From Geosiphon pyriformis uo1 (Eukaryota; Fungi; Glomeromycota), in assembly GCA_016748015.1 (NCBI GenBank), contig JAAOMT010000414.1, forward strand, positions 23,208 to 87,207: a DNA stretch of 64,000 bases, read 5' to 3'. How positions within the stretch are numbered: position 1 is the stretch's first letter; the number at the start of each line of letters is the position of its first letter. The notes below the pieces were generated by a model. The model was not told the DNA's origin, ran no database searches, and saw nothing but the letters and a program-made list of their open reading frames with translations. Positions 25,197-39,888 of the stretch are shown one piece after another. The position numbers and the translations under genes were made by a program.

Positions 25197-28100
25197 AAAA
25201 ACTTCTTTTTTTCCTACATCCCAAATTTCTAAAAAAGTGCTTTTATTGAGAGAAGTTTTTTACTGCCTTTATTTCTTTTATTATTCAGTTAGACACTTCA
25301 CAATCTTTTCTGTTTGAATACAAGGCTATTATCGGCAGTGACATTTTTGTTATGAAGGAAGTCAAGAAAAAGTCGCTTTCTGGTGCTGCTGTAGTTGACT
25401 TTTTTTCTAAAAAGAAGCACAAGAGTGGTTTATTGGAAGAATCTGTTAAGATGGTTGGTATTTCTGCTAGTGACATCTCTGGTGGTACTGCTGAAAGTAT
25501 AAATGAAAATACTATTAAGTCAGAGAGTATTGATATGGAAGAGAAGTATTTGGTGGAGAAAACCAGTTTTCAGCATGAAAGTGAGGAAGAGTTTGGTGGT
25601 AATAATACTAAAATAATGCCCAAGGTCCCAAAAAAGTTGTTACTAAGCGTACTCTTGGAAAGCCTCTTGGCACTATTAACTTCAGCATGGAAAATGATGA
25701 TAATAATAATATTTTGGATAAATTACTCTCTCTTCCTCCCTCTTTTTTTCTCAAAAATATGGTACAGGTCTCAATTAGGAAATCTTTTGCTTTGGATATT
25801 GATCTTACAATGGTGGCTGGCAAGTTCTCTCAAGAAAAATTAGCTTATGTCAGAAAAATTTTCTTTGAAGTAAATGGTTTTGGAGGGGCCTCTACCTCCT
25901 CAAAATTTGGTGGAATCATTTAGGCTTTTTTTACTTCTAAAAAGGCAATGTTGGCTGCAGCAAAATTGGTGAATGATCATGGTGTTGTGGTAAACACCAA
26001 TCTCAAATGTTCTGTTAACAATTGTATAAATTGGGCAATTGTGTTAAAGAAAATTTCAGTGGGAACATCTGTTGAGGCTGTGTAAGCTGTGGTATCTGAT
26101 TTTGGAAAGATTAAGGTGATTAAAATGCAATTAGTGAGTTTGTGACAAAAAGTGATCATCAAATTGGAAGATCAGATACAAGCTGATCTTTTGGCTTCTG
26201 AATAGTCTATTTTTATCAAAAAAGATGGCCAGAGCTGATGTCAACAAACAAACATGGAATGCCAGAGATAATTATAAAGCATTGCTCTATACTTTCTCCA
26301 TGGGAATGACTGCTTATGATTTGTGCGACTTCATTGATTCTGTAGGTGAGAAAATCTGTGTTATCAATCATAATCCTGTCACCTATACTTGTGTTCATTA
26401 TGCTACAGTGTGTTTTGATTCTGAGGTGAATTTAGTTAAAGCAATTGCTGTGATCCCTGTTATAAAGAGAGTTGGTCTCCGTTGGTTTCACCTTTCATTG
26501 GCTTTGTGTTCAGAGTGTAAAAATTCTAGTCATACATCTCTCACTTGTAAGTCAGTTAAGATTAGGTCAATTCCCAGAGGCAAGAAAGCCCCTCTTTCAG
26601 CTTAAAACCAGTTCAGATTGGCAAAGATTTATGAAAAAAAGTTAGCATCTATCTTCCATCCTCTGGCTTTCAGTAAAAAAACTTGAACATCAGTGGTTGG
26701 TACTCTTTCTGTGGATTTTCTTCGTAGTACCTACTCCTATTTTGGTTCTATTGATGATAGTAAACCTCTCTTTTCTGGTATGAATGATTTGAAAAAACAA
26801 TTGGTCAATATTGAAAGCAGTCTCATCAGTTTCACAGAACAAATTGGTGAGTTGGCTAAGAGATTAAACTCTCTTATGCTAGCAGTTTTCCAGTTTAGCC
26901 ATGGATGTTAGCTGCTGGTGACCCCCTCTTCACAAAATCTAGAGAGTGATATAGTGATGAAAGTGGACTCAAGTGAGACCAATGGTGGTGAGGCTGTTAT
27001 GGTTTTGGATTCATTTGTGTCCCCCCACATGATCAAGTTAAAAAATATGTTGGAGGGTCTTTCTGCTTCTGTTCTGAGCCTGTCTGCCTGTTTCAATGGT
27101 CTGGTTTTGGTTGGTGGTGCACTTCCCCAACCTTCTTCTCAATAAACATTCTAGTTTGAAAAGTTGCAACTTGCAATGTTGAAGAATGAACAATCCTGCA
27201 AAACAGGATGATATCATTCATTGGCATAAGGACATGGGCAACTTAATTTCTATTTTTATGGAATCAAAACTAAAGGGAAAGATTTGCCTATGGATTTCTA
27301 ATAGGTTTGATGGCATTCGGGTCTTCACTTTTAGTTTGGAATCTGGTCATCTGGGTGCTAGTGTTGTTGTTGTTATGGATTTGTCTTTAGCAAGACATGT
27401 AAGTAGAGTTTCTAAGGTGCCTGGTTGGCTTCTTTTCATTAAACTGCTTTTTAAGAATAAGATTTTGGTGTCAATTTTGGGACTTTACACTGGTGCTTTC
27501 TCAGTGGTTTGGTTCTCTCAGGCTGGTAAAATCAACTCTTTTATTGCAAAGGCTACAAATAAATCATCTTTTGTCATCCTTAATAATAATTTCAATGAAG
27601 ATGGCTCTCATAAGTGTGCGAGTTTCAAAAAATGTGTTGATTTGGGGCTTGTTAATTCTTTGGTTGGTGGTCTGGCTATCAAAGAACCTACTTGGGCAAA
27701 CTTTAGAGGAATCATAAAAACAATTAACTTCATATTTGTCTCTCCAAATCTGGTTAATGCAATAGTGTACTGAGAGGTTTTGGAGATCAATGAGTATTTT
27801 GACACAGATCACAAGGCAGTTTCTATGTCTGTAGGTCTTGGTGGTCTTTTGGACACATGGCTGAACTCTTTTCGCAAACAGGTAAATAAAGATTGGTGGA
27901 AGTTCAATTTCAAGGATGCTAGTGAAGATAAGTGGAATGATTTCAAAAATGCTATGATGGCCAATGCAGCAATGTTCTCAAATGAGTTTGCTGCAGCTTT
28001 AAGGTTCTCAGATTTAGATACAATATAGAATGTTATTTGTAAAGTTATGGTATTTTCAGTTAATAAAATATTCAAAAAAAAATGGTTTAAGAACAATAAT

Positions 28101-31100
28101 TATGTCTTTACCAAAGGGTCTTCAAGATTTCACAGATTAGAACTTTTAGTTTCAAAGATTGTTAGGGCTTTTTGCAGGGGTGGTGTTAATGATTTTGTTT
28201 CTCTTATGAAATGCTGGTGTTCTTTGGATGGTGCTAAAGCTTTAGTCATTTAGGATTTAGTAGACTCTGGTGCATCTTTTAATTGTGTTCATTCTGTCCT
28301 TTCTTATGCTAAAAAATTTTATCATGCTTTAAAGCTGGCAAAATTTCTGAAAGCTAAAGATGCAAACATTTAATCTGCTATAGACAAAAGGATGGAGAGC
28401 TTCAAAATGAATAAAGATTATACTATTAAAAATGTGTTGGAGTGCCCATTTCACAAGGTGGTGCTTGATCATTTGGTTGTTGGTAACAAGCTAGTTCTGA
28501 AGCCTGGATTGGTTAAGTCTAAGGTTGATACAATTATGGAAAGTTGGATTCAGAAGCATCAGTTAGTCCCAGATGTTTTTAATAATTAGTGTCATTAGTA
28601 TCAGTCTTTGGGATATGTTTTTGATAGAGCTTTTTCTGATGTGATGTGTTCAATTGATTTTAATGAATTTTTTGGAGTGGTTTCTAATCTGCTTGATGGC
28701 AAAGCTGCTGGTTTCTTGGGTATCTCGAATGAGCTTTGAAAGCATTATGATAAATCTATTCTGGACATGCTCTTGGTGCTTCTGAACTGTTGTTTGTCTG
28801 ATGAATCTGTTCCTCATCCTTAGAAAGAAGCCTGGGTTTTGATGATTCTTAAACCATATAAATGGGAGGATGTTTTAATAAATACTTGCCCTATTGCATT
28901 GATTGAAACAGCTTACAAAATTTTTTCCAAGATTCTCTCTGATGGAATTTCCTTAGCTTACAGTACTTTTGATGTTCTTTATGGAAACAATTTTTTGGTT
29001 TTAAAGGGTACAACAACTCAGTCTCCTATTTTTGCAATTGACTCAGTCATTGAGGATACTTTAAAGAAAGACCGGGAGCTCTGGCTGGTTTTGCAGGATA
29101 TGCGGAAAGCATATAATTTGGTTGGCTGGGATTATTTTGAGAAAAGTTTGGTCAAAATTAAGATGTGTAACAGATTCATTTGATTTTTTGGTTATATTCA
29201 TAGGGGTCATATTAATTGAGTTATGACAGATTTTGGTTTAACAGATAGTTATCATGTGCATGATAGTTTGAACCAAAGAGAAGTTTTTTCTTCCTTCTGT
29301 GGCATGTGTTTTATGATCCTCTTTTGTGTGAAGTCAAGTGCCAGGAGAGTGTGTGTGGATACAGAATCAATTCTCATTTTATTTCCAAGAGTGGTCGCAC
29401 TAAATCTCAGGCTGGATTTTCCTCCTTTTTTGCTGCTGGTGCTTTTGTTGATGATACAATTTGGTTTGGTAACAGTCAAAATACTACTTAACATATTCTT
29501 GACATTGTTAGTGAATTTTTCCAGATCAATGACATTTCTATTAACAATGAAAAGATAGTGGTTATTTCTATTAATAGTAGAATCACTGATCCTTTTGTGG
29601 TTCTCCCATTACTATTGCCAAAAAAAAGGAATTTCATCAGTATTTGGGCATTTTTCTTTCAACTGAGAGCCTTTTAAAGCCTAGTTTGGCTAAAGTGCAT
29701 TCAGATGTTTGATTCTTCTCCAATTTGGTCCTAAGAAAAGCTGTGTCAGATAAGCAGTTCTTATATTTAGTGTCAGCAGTTTTTTACTCTATTGTTAGCT
29801 ACAGAATACAGTTTAGCTTTGTTTTTATTGGTGTGTGCAACAAATGGGATACTCTAATTTATAAGGGCTTGAAGCTTAAGTCTGGTCTGCCATTTAACTT
29901 TCCTAGTGATACTATTCACCACCCTTCTTTTTATGGTTTGAAATTTTTTTTGCAAATTCAGTCTGAGAGTAAGATTGCTTTACTTGTTAGCTTTGTGAAC
30001 TCTGGTGGAATTCTGGGTCACTTATTTTTTCACCAGTCTCATGACCTACAAATTTGGTGTTAGCACTTTGTTCATATATTGGTCTCTCTTGTTTGTACTC
30101 ATGTCAGTGCTTCTAATAATTTCCTGGCAGACATAGTTTGTATTCTTCTTGATTATAATTTGTCTTTGGGTGGCTCCATGGCCAGTTCTTTTTGGTTCCA
30201 TAATAGTATGCCCATGTCTGCTGTTCTGGGTGAATTAAAGTTTGTCAAATTTTTTTCTTCTCTTTAGCGGTATGATATTGCATTTGTGGAGCAACTTCAT
30301 AATCATTATGGTATTGTCTTTGATTGGTACATCTTTAAGCAGTGGAAGAGGTTGAACCCCCATGGCCCTGTTCTGGAATGGTTCAAGTTGTCTGCTACAT
30401 TTTTCAATGATGTAACTCTCTCTTCAGCTCATTTCATGGCTTTGTGTAGTGTTGGTTCTTTGAACATTCTTGAATTCAGTGACTTTGTGTCTGTTTGTGA
30501 TTGTCTTTCACAAGTTGATACTAGTGTTTTATCTGTGTACACTGATGGATTCTTGAAAAACTTAGGCACAGTCAACTGTAGAGCCAATACTATTGCTTTT
30601 TTTGAGGACATTGGTTCGGGTTTGGGTGTTGGTGTGTTGGGTTTGATGTCTTTGACTCTGGTGGAATTGCAGGCTATTGTATTATCTCTGGAGTGTGTTT
30701 TCTTATCTAGTTCTGTTTGCTTGTTTTCGAATAGTCAATCTACATTGGATGTTTGTAAGTCGGAATTGGGTATGGTGTGTTCTGATTTTTGCAATTACTA
30801 TTGGATTGAGCATTGACATATCTTTAATGTTATTCATAATAAGAATTTGAGAGTTAGTTGGCACAAAGTGAAAGATCACTCTGGTGTTTCAGAAAATGAG
30901 CATGCCAATGTTATCGCTGGTAATGCTTCTTTTTTAGGTTGGCGTCTTTCTCCTCATGTAAATGAACATTTTATTGTGGCTAATGGTAATTTAGTTTCTG
31001 GCAATTTTAGACACTTTGTGCATAATATTTTTTGTTCTATTTGTCGTGCACATTAGGAGATTGGTTCTGGTTGCAAATTTTTGGAGAACAGTTTGCTTTC

Positions 31101-31953
31101 TGAGGTTGACTGGATCTGTTTTTCATTAATGTGGCATCCTGATTTGCACATGGCTACTGGTTTTACCAGCTGGCCCTTAACTAATGCACATACTTATTTC
31201 ATGAAGGCTTTACATTATCGCCTGTCTGTTGCCATTCGGAAGTGTCTTTATAGTAGATTTTATCCCAGTGTATTGTGTTTATATTGTGGTGAAGTGAAGG
31301 TGTTGGATCATGTGTTTTCTTGTAAGGTTGACAAGTCTGCCTGCTGTTTGTTATTGGACTCCCATGTGGATTCTTGGAGAGCACTTTCTGATTTCACTCA
31401 TGTTTCTTCATGTGTGTTATAGCTGTTGTCATTCTGCACTTTTGGTTTTTCTGTGTTTATGGCTCTCTTTAAGAGTTTTGTTTTTGATAGTTGGTTTCAT
31501 AAGGCTGTTTATGTCTTCCACAATTCCAAGATAGCTGGTTTGGAAATTGTTAAGTTTGTGTGCTCTTTCAGTATGGCTTTTAGAGATAATATATGGTTGG
31601 TTTATGCTAAGCACCATGCCTATATAGAAAAGCATGGTTTGATTTTTCCTGACATTTGGCTCTCATCTTGGTTTCTGGTTTGTCTTCAGGGTTTTCTGCT
31701 GGTGTAGTGAAACTGCTTGGTGTGATTAATGCTTTTGGTGTATGTTTTGGTTTTCACAAATCTTGTTCATTTTTCTCAGGTCTTAGTAGTTTAGTCTCAG
31801 TTTATATAGCTGCATAGTATTGTTCTGATCGGTTCAAGTGGCTGGTCACATGTAAGAAGTGCATGATTCACACCTAGTTTAGATCATTTCTTTGATATAT
31901 AGTACTAGGCTGTGTTTGGATCTCACTTGTTAAATAAATAAATAAATAGATAA
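25197..31953 (+). mobile_element. L2: full-length, inactivated LINE; ORF1 25352-27145, ORF2 27142-31817
   Basis: Knuckle CSECKNSSHTSLTC; RT QDMRKAY and GAFVDDTIW; RNase H VYTDG and KVKDHSG; (TAAA)n tail; candidate TSD AATAATAAC (25188-25196 and 31954-31962). Confidence 0.92.
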
Positions 31954-32055
31954 AATAATAACTAAAATATTTATAAGATTAATCTTATATATTAATTTAA
32001 TTTATTTATTAAAGTTGAATTATTTTTTTATTATTTTTATTGTTATATAATACTA

Positions 32056-35000
32056 TTTTTTTTGTTATTAAGCTTTTAATAAATAAAGCCCAATTACTAT
32101 TTAGTACACAAAGCCAAACTAAGTAGCCAAAACTAGATGTGACTTACATATTTTCTACATGTGGCTAGCCACTCAGGCCAGACAAGACAACACTACACAC
32201 CTAAAACAACACAAGGACTACAATCCAAATCTGTGAAAAAAAGACAGAGCCATTGATGGCCAAAACTAACCACAAAAAACTCAATAATACCAAGCATGCT
32301 AACCACTCTTTCTGACAGCAAAGACTCAACACAACATAACAAACCTGAAACCACACTATCATTACCTACCAAGCCTGCTCTTTCCATCTTTGCCCTATGT
32401 TTACATCTCACCAGCCAAATTTTAGAGTGATACAACTCAGCTAATTGCCTAACAAACCCAATAATCATGCAAAAAGCCTCTTTTTTCTCATCAAAAACAT
32501 TGATGGCTTCCTCATACCAGTCTTTAAGCACAAACTTCTTGCACAAAACTGAATACAAGTCAACATCCGAAGAGCACTGACTAAGAGCCTGCAAAACAGC
32601 AGAAGAAGCTGGGCCAACAACACCCAACAAAGAATTCCAAAATGCAAAAGCTTTAGCCAAAACCTCCTCCCAAACTCCAGCATCCAATACACAAGTAAAA
32701 ACATGATCAGGCATTTCCACTTTATCACACAATAAACACAACATGTCAGAATACCTCCTATTATACAACTTTTTTTTAACCACAACAGGCAGCCATTAGT
32801 ACACAGCTTTTATCAGATATGTATGCAAACCAGAAGATTCCCAATTAGTAAAGCCAGCAAGCATATGAGAGTTAGGATGCCATACCCAAGCCATAGCACT
32901 CCAGTTTACACACCCAACCAGATCACTCAGAACAACATCTTGGCCAGAACCAGCCTCCCAACGAGCATGACAAATAGACTGAAACACATTCCTGACAAAT
33001 AGACTGAAACACATTCCTAACAAAATAACAAACATTGCCAGAAATGGCTGTATCTTCAGCCATCAGAAAATGTTCATGTATTCTCACAGGCAAAGAAAAC
33101 TTAGAACACATAGCATAACCAGTAGCAACGTCAGTCTCCACATTATCCACAACTCCAGAATGGCCTTTGACCTTCACCCATCTTACAACAAAATCTTTAT
33201 CTCTAACTAAATTAAAAATATGATGTCTCTTTATCTAGCATGAAACATGAAAGTTAGGCACAGCCAAAGTCATTTCAGATACACACACATCAATGGCAAT
33301 CTGGCTGTCAAGATACAATACCATTGCACAAGAGGATAAGACGCATTCCAATACCAGAGTGACCATCTGCAACTTAGATAAAGTAGAAGACAATAGACCT
33401 CAAACCTTAACACCAACACTTATATTCACAGAAAAAAAATATGCAGCCGTACCGTTAGCAATATCAGCAGTTCTAGCATTTTTTAATGACTCATCTGTGT
33501 AAACATCAAACAAACCAGACCATATTTCATGTAAACCATTTTGAATATCAGAGAACTCCATAGAATTCAGAACATCTAGCTTAGGTAGAAGACTGCTCCC
33601 AGCAGAAACAACCAATGAAGAGTTCATATCCAACAAAAACTTCATAACAGTCACAAACCAAAAAGAAACAGAGCCTCTCGGATCCAATCTCTTTTAATAA
33701 TGAAAGGTCTTTCAATCTATCATGCGATTCTTTTTATCAAACAGCCTATCACTAAAAGTAACACCAAAACATTTCAACAAACAAACCAAGTTAAAGTAAA
33801 GAGCATTTCTCAACACAGAAGATATAGAAAACACACCAGAACTGCAAAAAGCACTTGGCAAATTGTTAGCTAAAGACAGCCTATTATTCAAGAAAATCTT
33901 AACCACACCAGCCAGAAAATTGTTCACAGGACCAACACATAACTTAACAGAAAACTGCAAGAGGTTTAGTGGAGCCCAACTCAAAATCTGCAAATCCAAA
34001 AATTTATGATTGAATAAATGCCTGAAAATGCCAAAAGCATTGGAAAATGAAACTACAGCAGCTAATTTACACTCTGACTGCAATTGCTCAAAAGACTTCA
34101 AGCCATATAACAAGAGATGATATAACACTTTGACTAGAAAATTATGTGGTAGACGTGCTTTAGACCTAAAACCTTTTCAAACTATAGCATTTCACTTGTG
34201 GTAAACCCCAAATAAAACAAAATTAAACTGGATTCTGTAGCTAATAATGAACTGCAGAACAGCTGAAACCAAATAAGAGAACTGCTTGTTAGTAATAATT
34301 TTTTTTAGCATCATATTGACAAAAAAGCACACATCAGAATGAGCTTTGGCCACATTCGGCTTAGACAACTCTTCAGTAAACAGAAAAATATCCAAGTATC
34401 TATGAGTCTTATCTTTTCTAGTTATTGAAATTGGCTGACCACTTATGCTCAAAGAAGCTATCTTAATACCCTAATTAATAGAAATGGCCACAGTTTTTTC
34501 ATTGTTAATAGAAATGTCATTGATTGCAAAAAATTCACTAGCAATATTCAGAGCATACTGCATTGATACTTGACAATCACCAATCCAAATTGTATCATTC
34601 ACAAATGCACCTGCAGCAAAAAAAGAAGATAACTTGCCACTAGCCTTAATTCTACCAGTTTTCGCTACAAACTTAGTGTCAATATGATAACCACACAAAT
34701 GCTCATGCCTTTTAACTTCACATAAAAAGGGATTGTAGAAAATCTTTCAGAGAAAAGACAAAAAGACTTCACCCTGATCTAAGCCATTGTAAATTCAGTA
34801 TCCATCAATAAGACTAAAATTGTTTATAATTCTATTAACCCTATCACCATATATGCCACCAAAAAATCTAATAAACCTATCACACATTTTGATCCGATGT
34901 AAGTTAGTCTCCAAGTAATGCCAACTCACAGAATCATAGGCCTTGTGCATGTCCTGAAGAACCAACCAAAGTTCATGATCTTTTTCAAGAGCATTTTCGA

Positions 35001-38000
35001 CAACCAAACCAACCACAAACACAGGAGATTGAATAGACATACCCTTCAAAACAGAAAAGTTATCACCACAAAGAACACTAAACTTGCTGCATACAGAAGA
35101 GATTTTATCAAAAAAAATCTTGGAGAGAATTTTCCTGGCAGTCTTGATCAAAGCTATAGGCCATGTATTCATAAAAACTCTATCCCAATCATAAGATTTA
35201 GGAATTATTGAGACCCAAGCCCTTCTCCATAAAACAGGAACACTACTGACCAACAAACATGCATTCAACAACCTTAAAAGATATCCCAACACTCCATTGT
35301 CATCATGCTTCCAAAGTTTATTAGGAATGCCAGACAAACCAGCAGCTTTACCATTAGGCAGACCATTAACAACCAAGAGCAACTCACTCAAACTGATAGC
35401 ACTTATCATACTAGAAAAAGCACAATTCTGCACATAATTTAATAAAGCATATTGACGAGCCCAGAGATCAGACACCACCAAAAACACTGCCTATTTTCTA
35501 GTCCAATTCTTCATGATCTTATCAACATTGAGCTTTACTTCCTTAGATTCCAAAATTAATTCATCATCTACCACTAAGTAATCCAGAACTACTTTGCAAA
35601 AAAGCCGATCCAAAACACTTTTGATCATGTTACCTTTGTCAGAGCAGAAATTTTCCATGTGCTTTGAGATTGCCAATCTAATAAAAGTCTCTTCAGCCAA
35701 TCTTGACTCATACATTTTAGATCTTCTGTATTCTTTACAAACCAATGACAAATGTCTAAGAACCACCTTAGACTTCTTATCTAAGCCAACCAAGTCAGTA
35801 AAAGTATGAGCCTTGACACTATTCAACATTGACCACATCTTCACAAGATGATTAACTCCAAACAAGTCACCTAAACCAAACTTTTTAACAATTTGGCAAT
35901 CAACAATTCTAAACCAAAAAACTTAGAAGAAAGTTTATTCTTAGAACAATGAAATTCACTAAACCAATGTTTCAAAAATGTCTCGTCAGCTGATTCCACC
36001 ATCACCCTCTCCAAAACTGTCCATATAGCATCCATATTATCATAAGTTTTAGCACCAAGAAATTCATCAGCAACTGCTAAAAGTTTGGCAAAAAGATAAT
36101 TTCTAAATCCAGTCTACTTGAGGCCATCAACATCTTTGATTTTGAACTTTCAACAATCCTTATTAGTTTGTTTGTACAAGCTATTTAACTGAACATCTAG
36201 AAGTCCACCCAAGCCAATTAAAACCAAAACAGCATTATGATTAGTATTAAAAAAACCAGATACAAAGCAAATCTGATGACCAGCAATGACAGAAGAAAAA
36301 TTACTGCCAACAAAAATAAAATTGATTGTCTTTTCAACTCTCTATAAATTGTTCCATGTAAAGGCTTTTATCATATGATAATCAGTAAATGAATTGACCA
36401 AATCCAGATCCAAACAGAACTTGAATGTTGCACTCTTTTTAGAATTATTCTCATTAAAATCCTCACCCAAAACCACAAAAGTGCTAAAGTTAATAGCTTC
36501 TGCAATCACAGAGTTCACCTCCAAAGCTTGACCAAATCTGGTCTCAAAAGAGGCACCAGTGTACAAACCCAGAACTGTGACTGAAAGCTTGCCCTTAAAC
36601 AAAAGCCAAATCAAAACAATTCAGCCAGAAATCTCCTTAATTTTAAACACATGGTGAACCAAAGAATTGTTCATAATTACAGCAACTCCAGTGCCAAGAA
36701 AACCTTTATCTGAGCCAAACATAAAGACACACACATCCTTAAACTTATTAGCAATCTAAGGCTTAATACTGAACCTTAATTTTGTTTCCATAATGATAGA
36801 TACCATATTTCTGGACTCTCTGTGCCAACAAACAACGTCTTCCTGCTTAGCAGGGACATTGAGATCTTAAACATTACATGTAGCAAACTTCCACACTAAC
36901 TCCATTATTGAGAAGAGAAAACAGCAGAAACCAAACCAGCATTGTTTATTTTGGCTGAAAAGCTCATAACCATAATTGCAAGATTCTTCAAAGTGTTTTC
37001 CATTTTCTTAATAACAGAAAAATTGAAAATCACTGCTCCCACAACAGTCTTACCACCAGTGGCCACACCCAAATTCTTATTCATTACTATATCCGCCTCT
37101 TGATTCTGTAATAATGGAGTTATCAATGGCTGACATCCAGGGCTAAGCTGGGAAACTATTGGCCCAAGTGCTTTTAACCTCTTAACTAGCATATCAACAT
37201 ACTCTGTGAAGCTGGCAAAACTGTGCTCAAAGAGTGGCAAACCTATTATTGATTTCTATCACAACCAGTAGGAATGATTTCATCTTTAAAGAAGAGCCAA
37301 TATTTAGTAAAACAACCCAGCCAAAGAGAGAGAAAAAAAAAGACCCACCAGCTATCTTAGCCCAAGAAAAACCACCAAAAGAAACAAGATGAGCAACTGG
37401 AGCAGATCATTTGGCATAGATTACAGCCAGCCTGCTTTTATTTGCATCTGAAAGCATCCTATGCAATGGTTTACCAGAAAAAATCTTTCCACCCTCAGCA
37501 CAGCTCAATGATATATGATCTGTCTTCTTACAATTGGCACATTTGGCAGATACAAGACTAGACCAACACAAATTAGTGCCCCTGAACACTGGTATAGTTC
37601 TTATGGTAGCATCCAATGATCCAGCAGAATTAAAACAAACAACAGTGCACCTGACTCAGGCATATGTAATTGGATGGTGATTGATAATACAAATCTTCCC
37701 ATCTACAGATCTAACAAAATTCCAAATATCATGAGCATTAGTTCTCATTGGCAGTGTGTAAAGCAATACCCTATAATGATCCTTTGCATCTCATAATTCT
37801 TTGTCTGAATCAGCTCTGGCCACACACATGACATCCTTTCCAATTAAGATAGACCACTCAGCTGCAACCAAATCAGCATAATTTGATTACTTAAATTCCA
37901 TCACTGCTTTTTGCTACAGCCCCATCAAATGTATCTTGATCGACTTAATTATTCCAAACTTGGATAGTGCAGCATGCACAGCCTCAGCTGATGTTCCAAC

Positions 38001-38836
38001 TAGAATTTTTTTAACCACCACAGCCCAATCTAAGCAAGTATTTGATTTTTTAAGATTAGTGTTTACCAAAATATTCACTGCTCTTGCCTTTTCTATAGTC
38101 TGCGCCAAGCTAGCTTCAGAAGTAAAAAAAGCACAGATGATCCCAGAAAATTTTGAGGAAGTAGAGACCCCTCCAAAACTATTGACTTTTGAAAACAACC
38201 TTCTAATTACCATTAGCTTTTCTTAAGAAGATTTTCCAACCACTTTATTCAAGCCAATATCCAAAGCAAAAGACTTCCTAACAGAAACAGAAACCAAATT
38301 TTTCAAGGGAGAGGGAAGTTTTAAGGGGACATTCAAGAGAACATCATCATCAATATCAAGATTTGAGAAATTTATCTTTCTTAATGGCTTGCCCAAAGCC
38401 TTTTTAGTTTTAACACCTGGCCCTTTAGGCATTTGATCATGATCCCCACCAGTAATAGTGCTACTCTTACCATAGTCAAAGCTAGTTTCTTCTATTAGGC
38501 ATTTCTCTTCCATATTAATACTCTCAGACTTAGTAGTGTCACCAGTCTCAGAACTCCAAAGACAACCATTAGGCACCTCAGTTGAAACCCCTCTGCCACC
38601 AACACTCTCTTCCAAAGTGACATTTTTTCTTTTTTTCCTTGACAAAACAGGCTTGAAACCATCACCAAAACCAGACTCTTTAGCAATCTTCTTTATGATG
38701 GCAATACTAGGGCCAACAGTGGTTTTGAAATCAAAAAACAGTTTGGTTTTATTATACTGAATGTTGAAAAAACTTCTTTCAAAAAACTTTTGACTCTTTC
38801 TGGGAATTTGGAATGAACGAAAAAAAGAAGTTTTTT
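32056..38836 (-). mobile_element. L3: full-length, inactivated LINE; ORF1 ~38696-36905, ORF2 ~36908-32193
   Basis: Knuckle CANCKKTDHISLSC; RT QDMHKAYDSV and GAFVNDT; RNase H VYTDE and KVKGHSG; CLLCDKVEMPDHVFTC; A-tail 32056-32063; internal 25-bp tandem duplication at 32969-33018. No clean TSD found. Confidence 0.92.
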
Positions 38837-39888
38837 ATTTAAATTATAACCAAAATTTAAAAATTTAATATATTAATTATTAATAAACTCAAAATTAAAT
38901 ACAATTCAAAATATTTATATTTATAAATAATTACAAATAATTTTATATTTTATAATAATAATTAAAAATGCTTTTAATTGTTTTTTTATTTCAATTTTTT
39001 AAAATAGCATATAAGTAAATTTATATAAAAACATTATTTTATATTTTATAATTTTAAAAGATTCTAAATTAAATATTATAATAATTATAATTTGATAAAT
39101 CAATAATAATTAAATATATATAATTAATTTTTATAATTAAAAAAAAATTTATAAAAATAGTAATTATATATAAAAACATTTAATATAAAACATATATATA
39201 TTAAATATAATTAAATAGCATAATAAAAACCAAAATTTTATTTTTTATTTATAATTATTTAAAATACTGTTAATTTAAATAAATTTTCAATTAATAATTA
39301 TTAAAAATAAATAATTAAACAAAATAATAAGTTGAATTTTGATGATATTATTAAATAATAAAGTAATAATACAAAAAATTTTTATTTAAAATTTAAAATT
39401 TATTTGTTAATTAATATTATTATTAATAGATTCTTATATTTTTTAATGAAAAATTATAACATATATTATAAAGATTATTATTAAAATTATATAAAAAATA
39501 TTTATATTATTATATTTAATTAATAAAATCAATTTGCAAATAAAAAATAAAAGATTAACAATTAGTTTAATTACAACAAAAAAATATAAAACAATCTAAT
39601 TATTTAACTAAATTAAATACAAAAAATTTTGGTAAATTAAAAAATATGTAATTTAATAATATCAAAATTTATTATATTTTAAGATTTCTATATACTTTTA
39701 TTTATACAATTTAATATTTTGGATTTACAACTATTATTCAGAAATAATTATTAAAAAATATAATTAATTTATTTATTTTTAATTATGTTGTTTATAATTA
39801 TTATTAATATTATTAATATATAATTAAGTTTTAAATCTAATTATTTAAATTAATAACTTATAAAAAATGTAAACTTTTAATTAAATTA
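38837..39888. other. Nearly pure-AT spacer relic between L3 and L4
   Basis: Composition only; possibly the continuation of the host element. Confidence 0.5.

Larger units (their letters stand above)
17850..32055 (+). repeat. Host repeat X, copy C, interrupted by LINEs L1 and L2 and abutted by L3 (pieces 17850-18153, 25063-25196, 31954-32055)
   Basis: The three pieces align colinearly, in order, with copy A (14330-15040) once L1 and L2 are removed. Confidence 0.65.

Noticed and set aside
32040-38850. Target-site duplication for L3
   Set aside because: Only a ~5-bp AT match, which is not significant in this composition.
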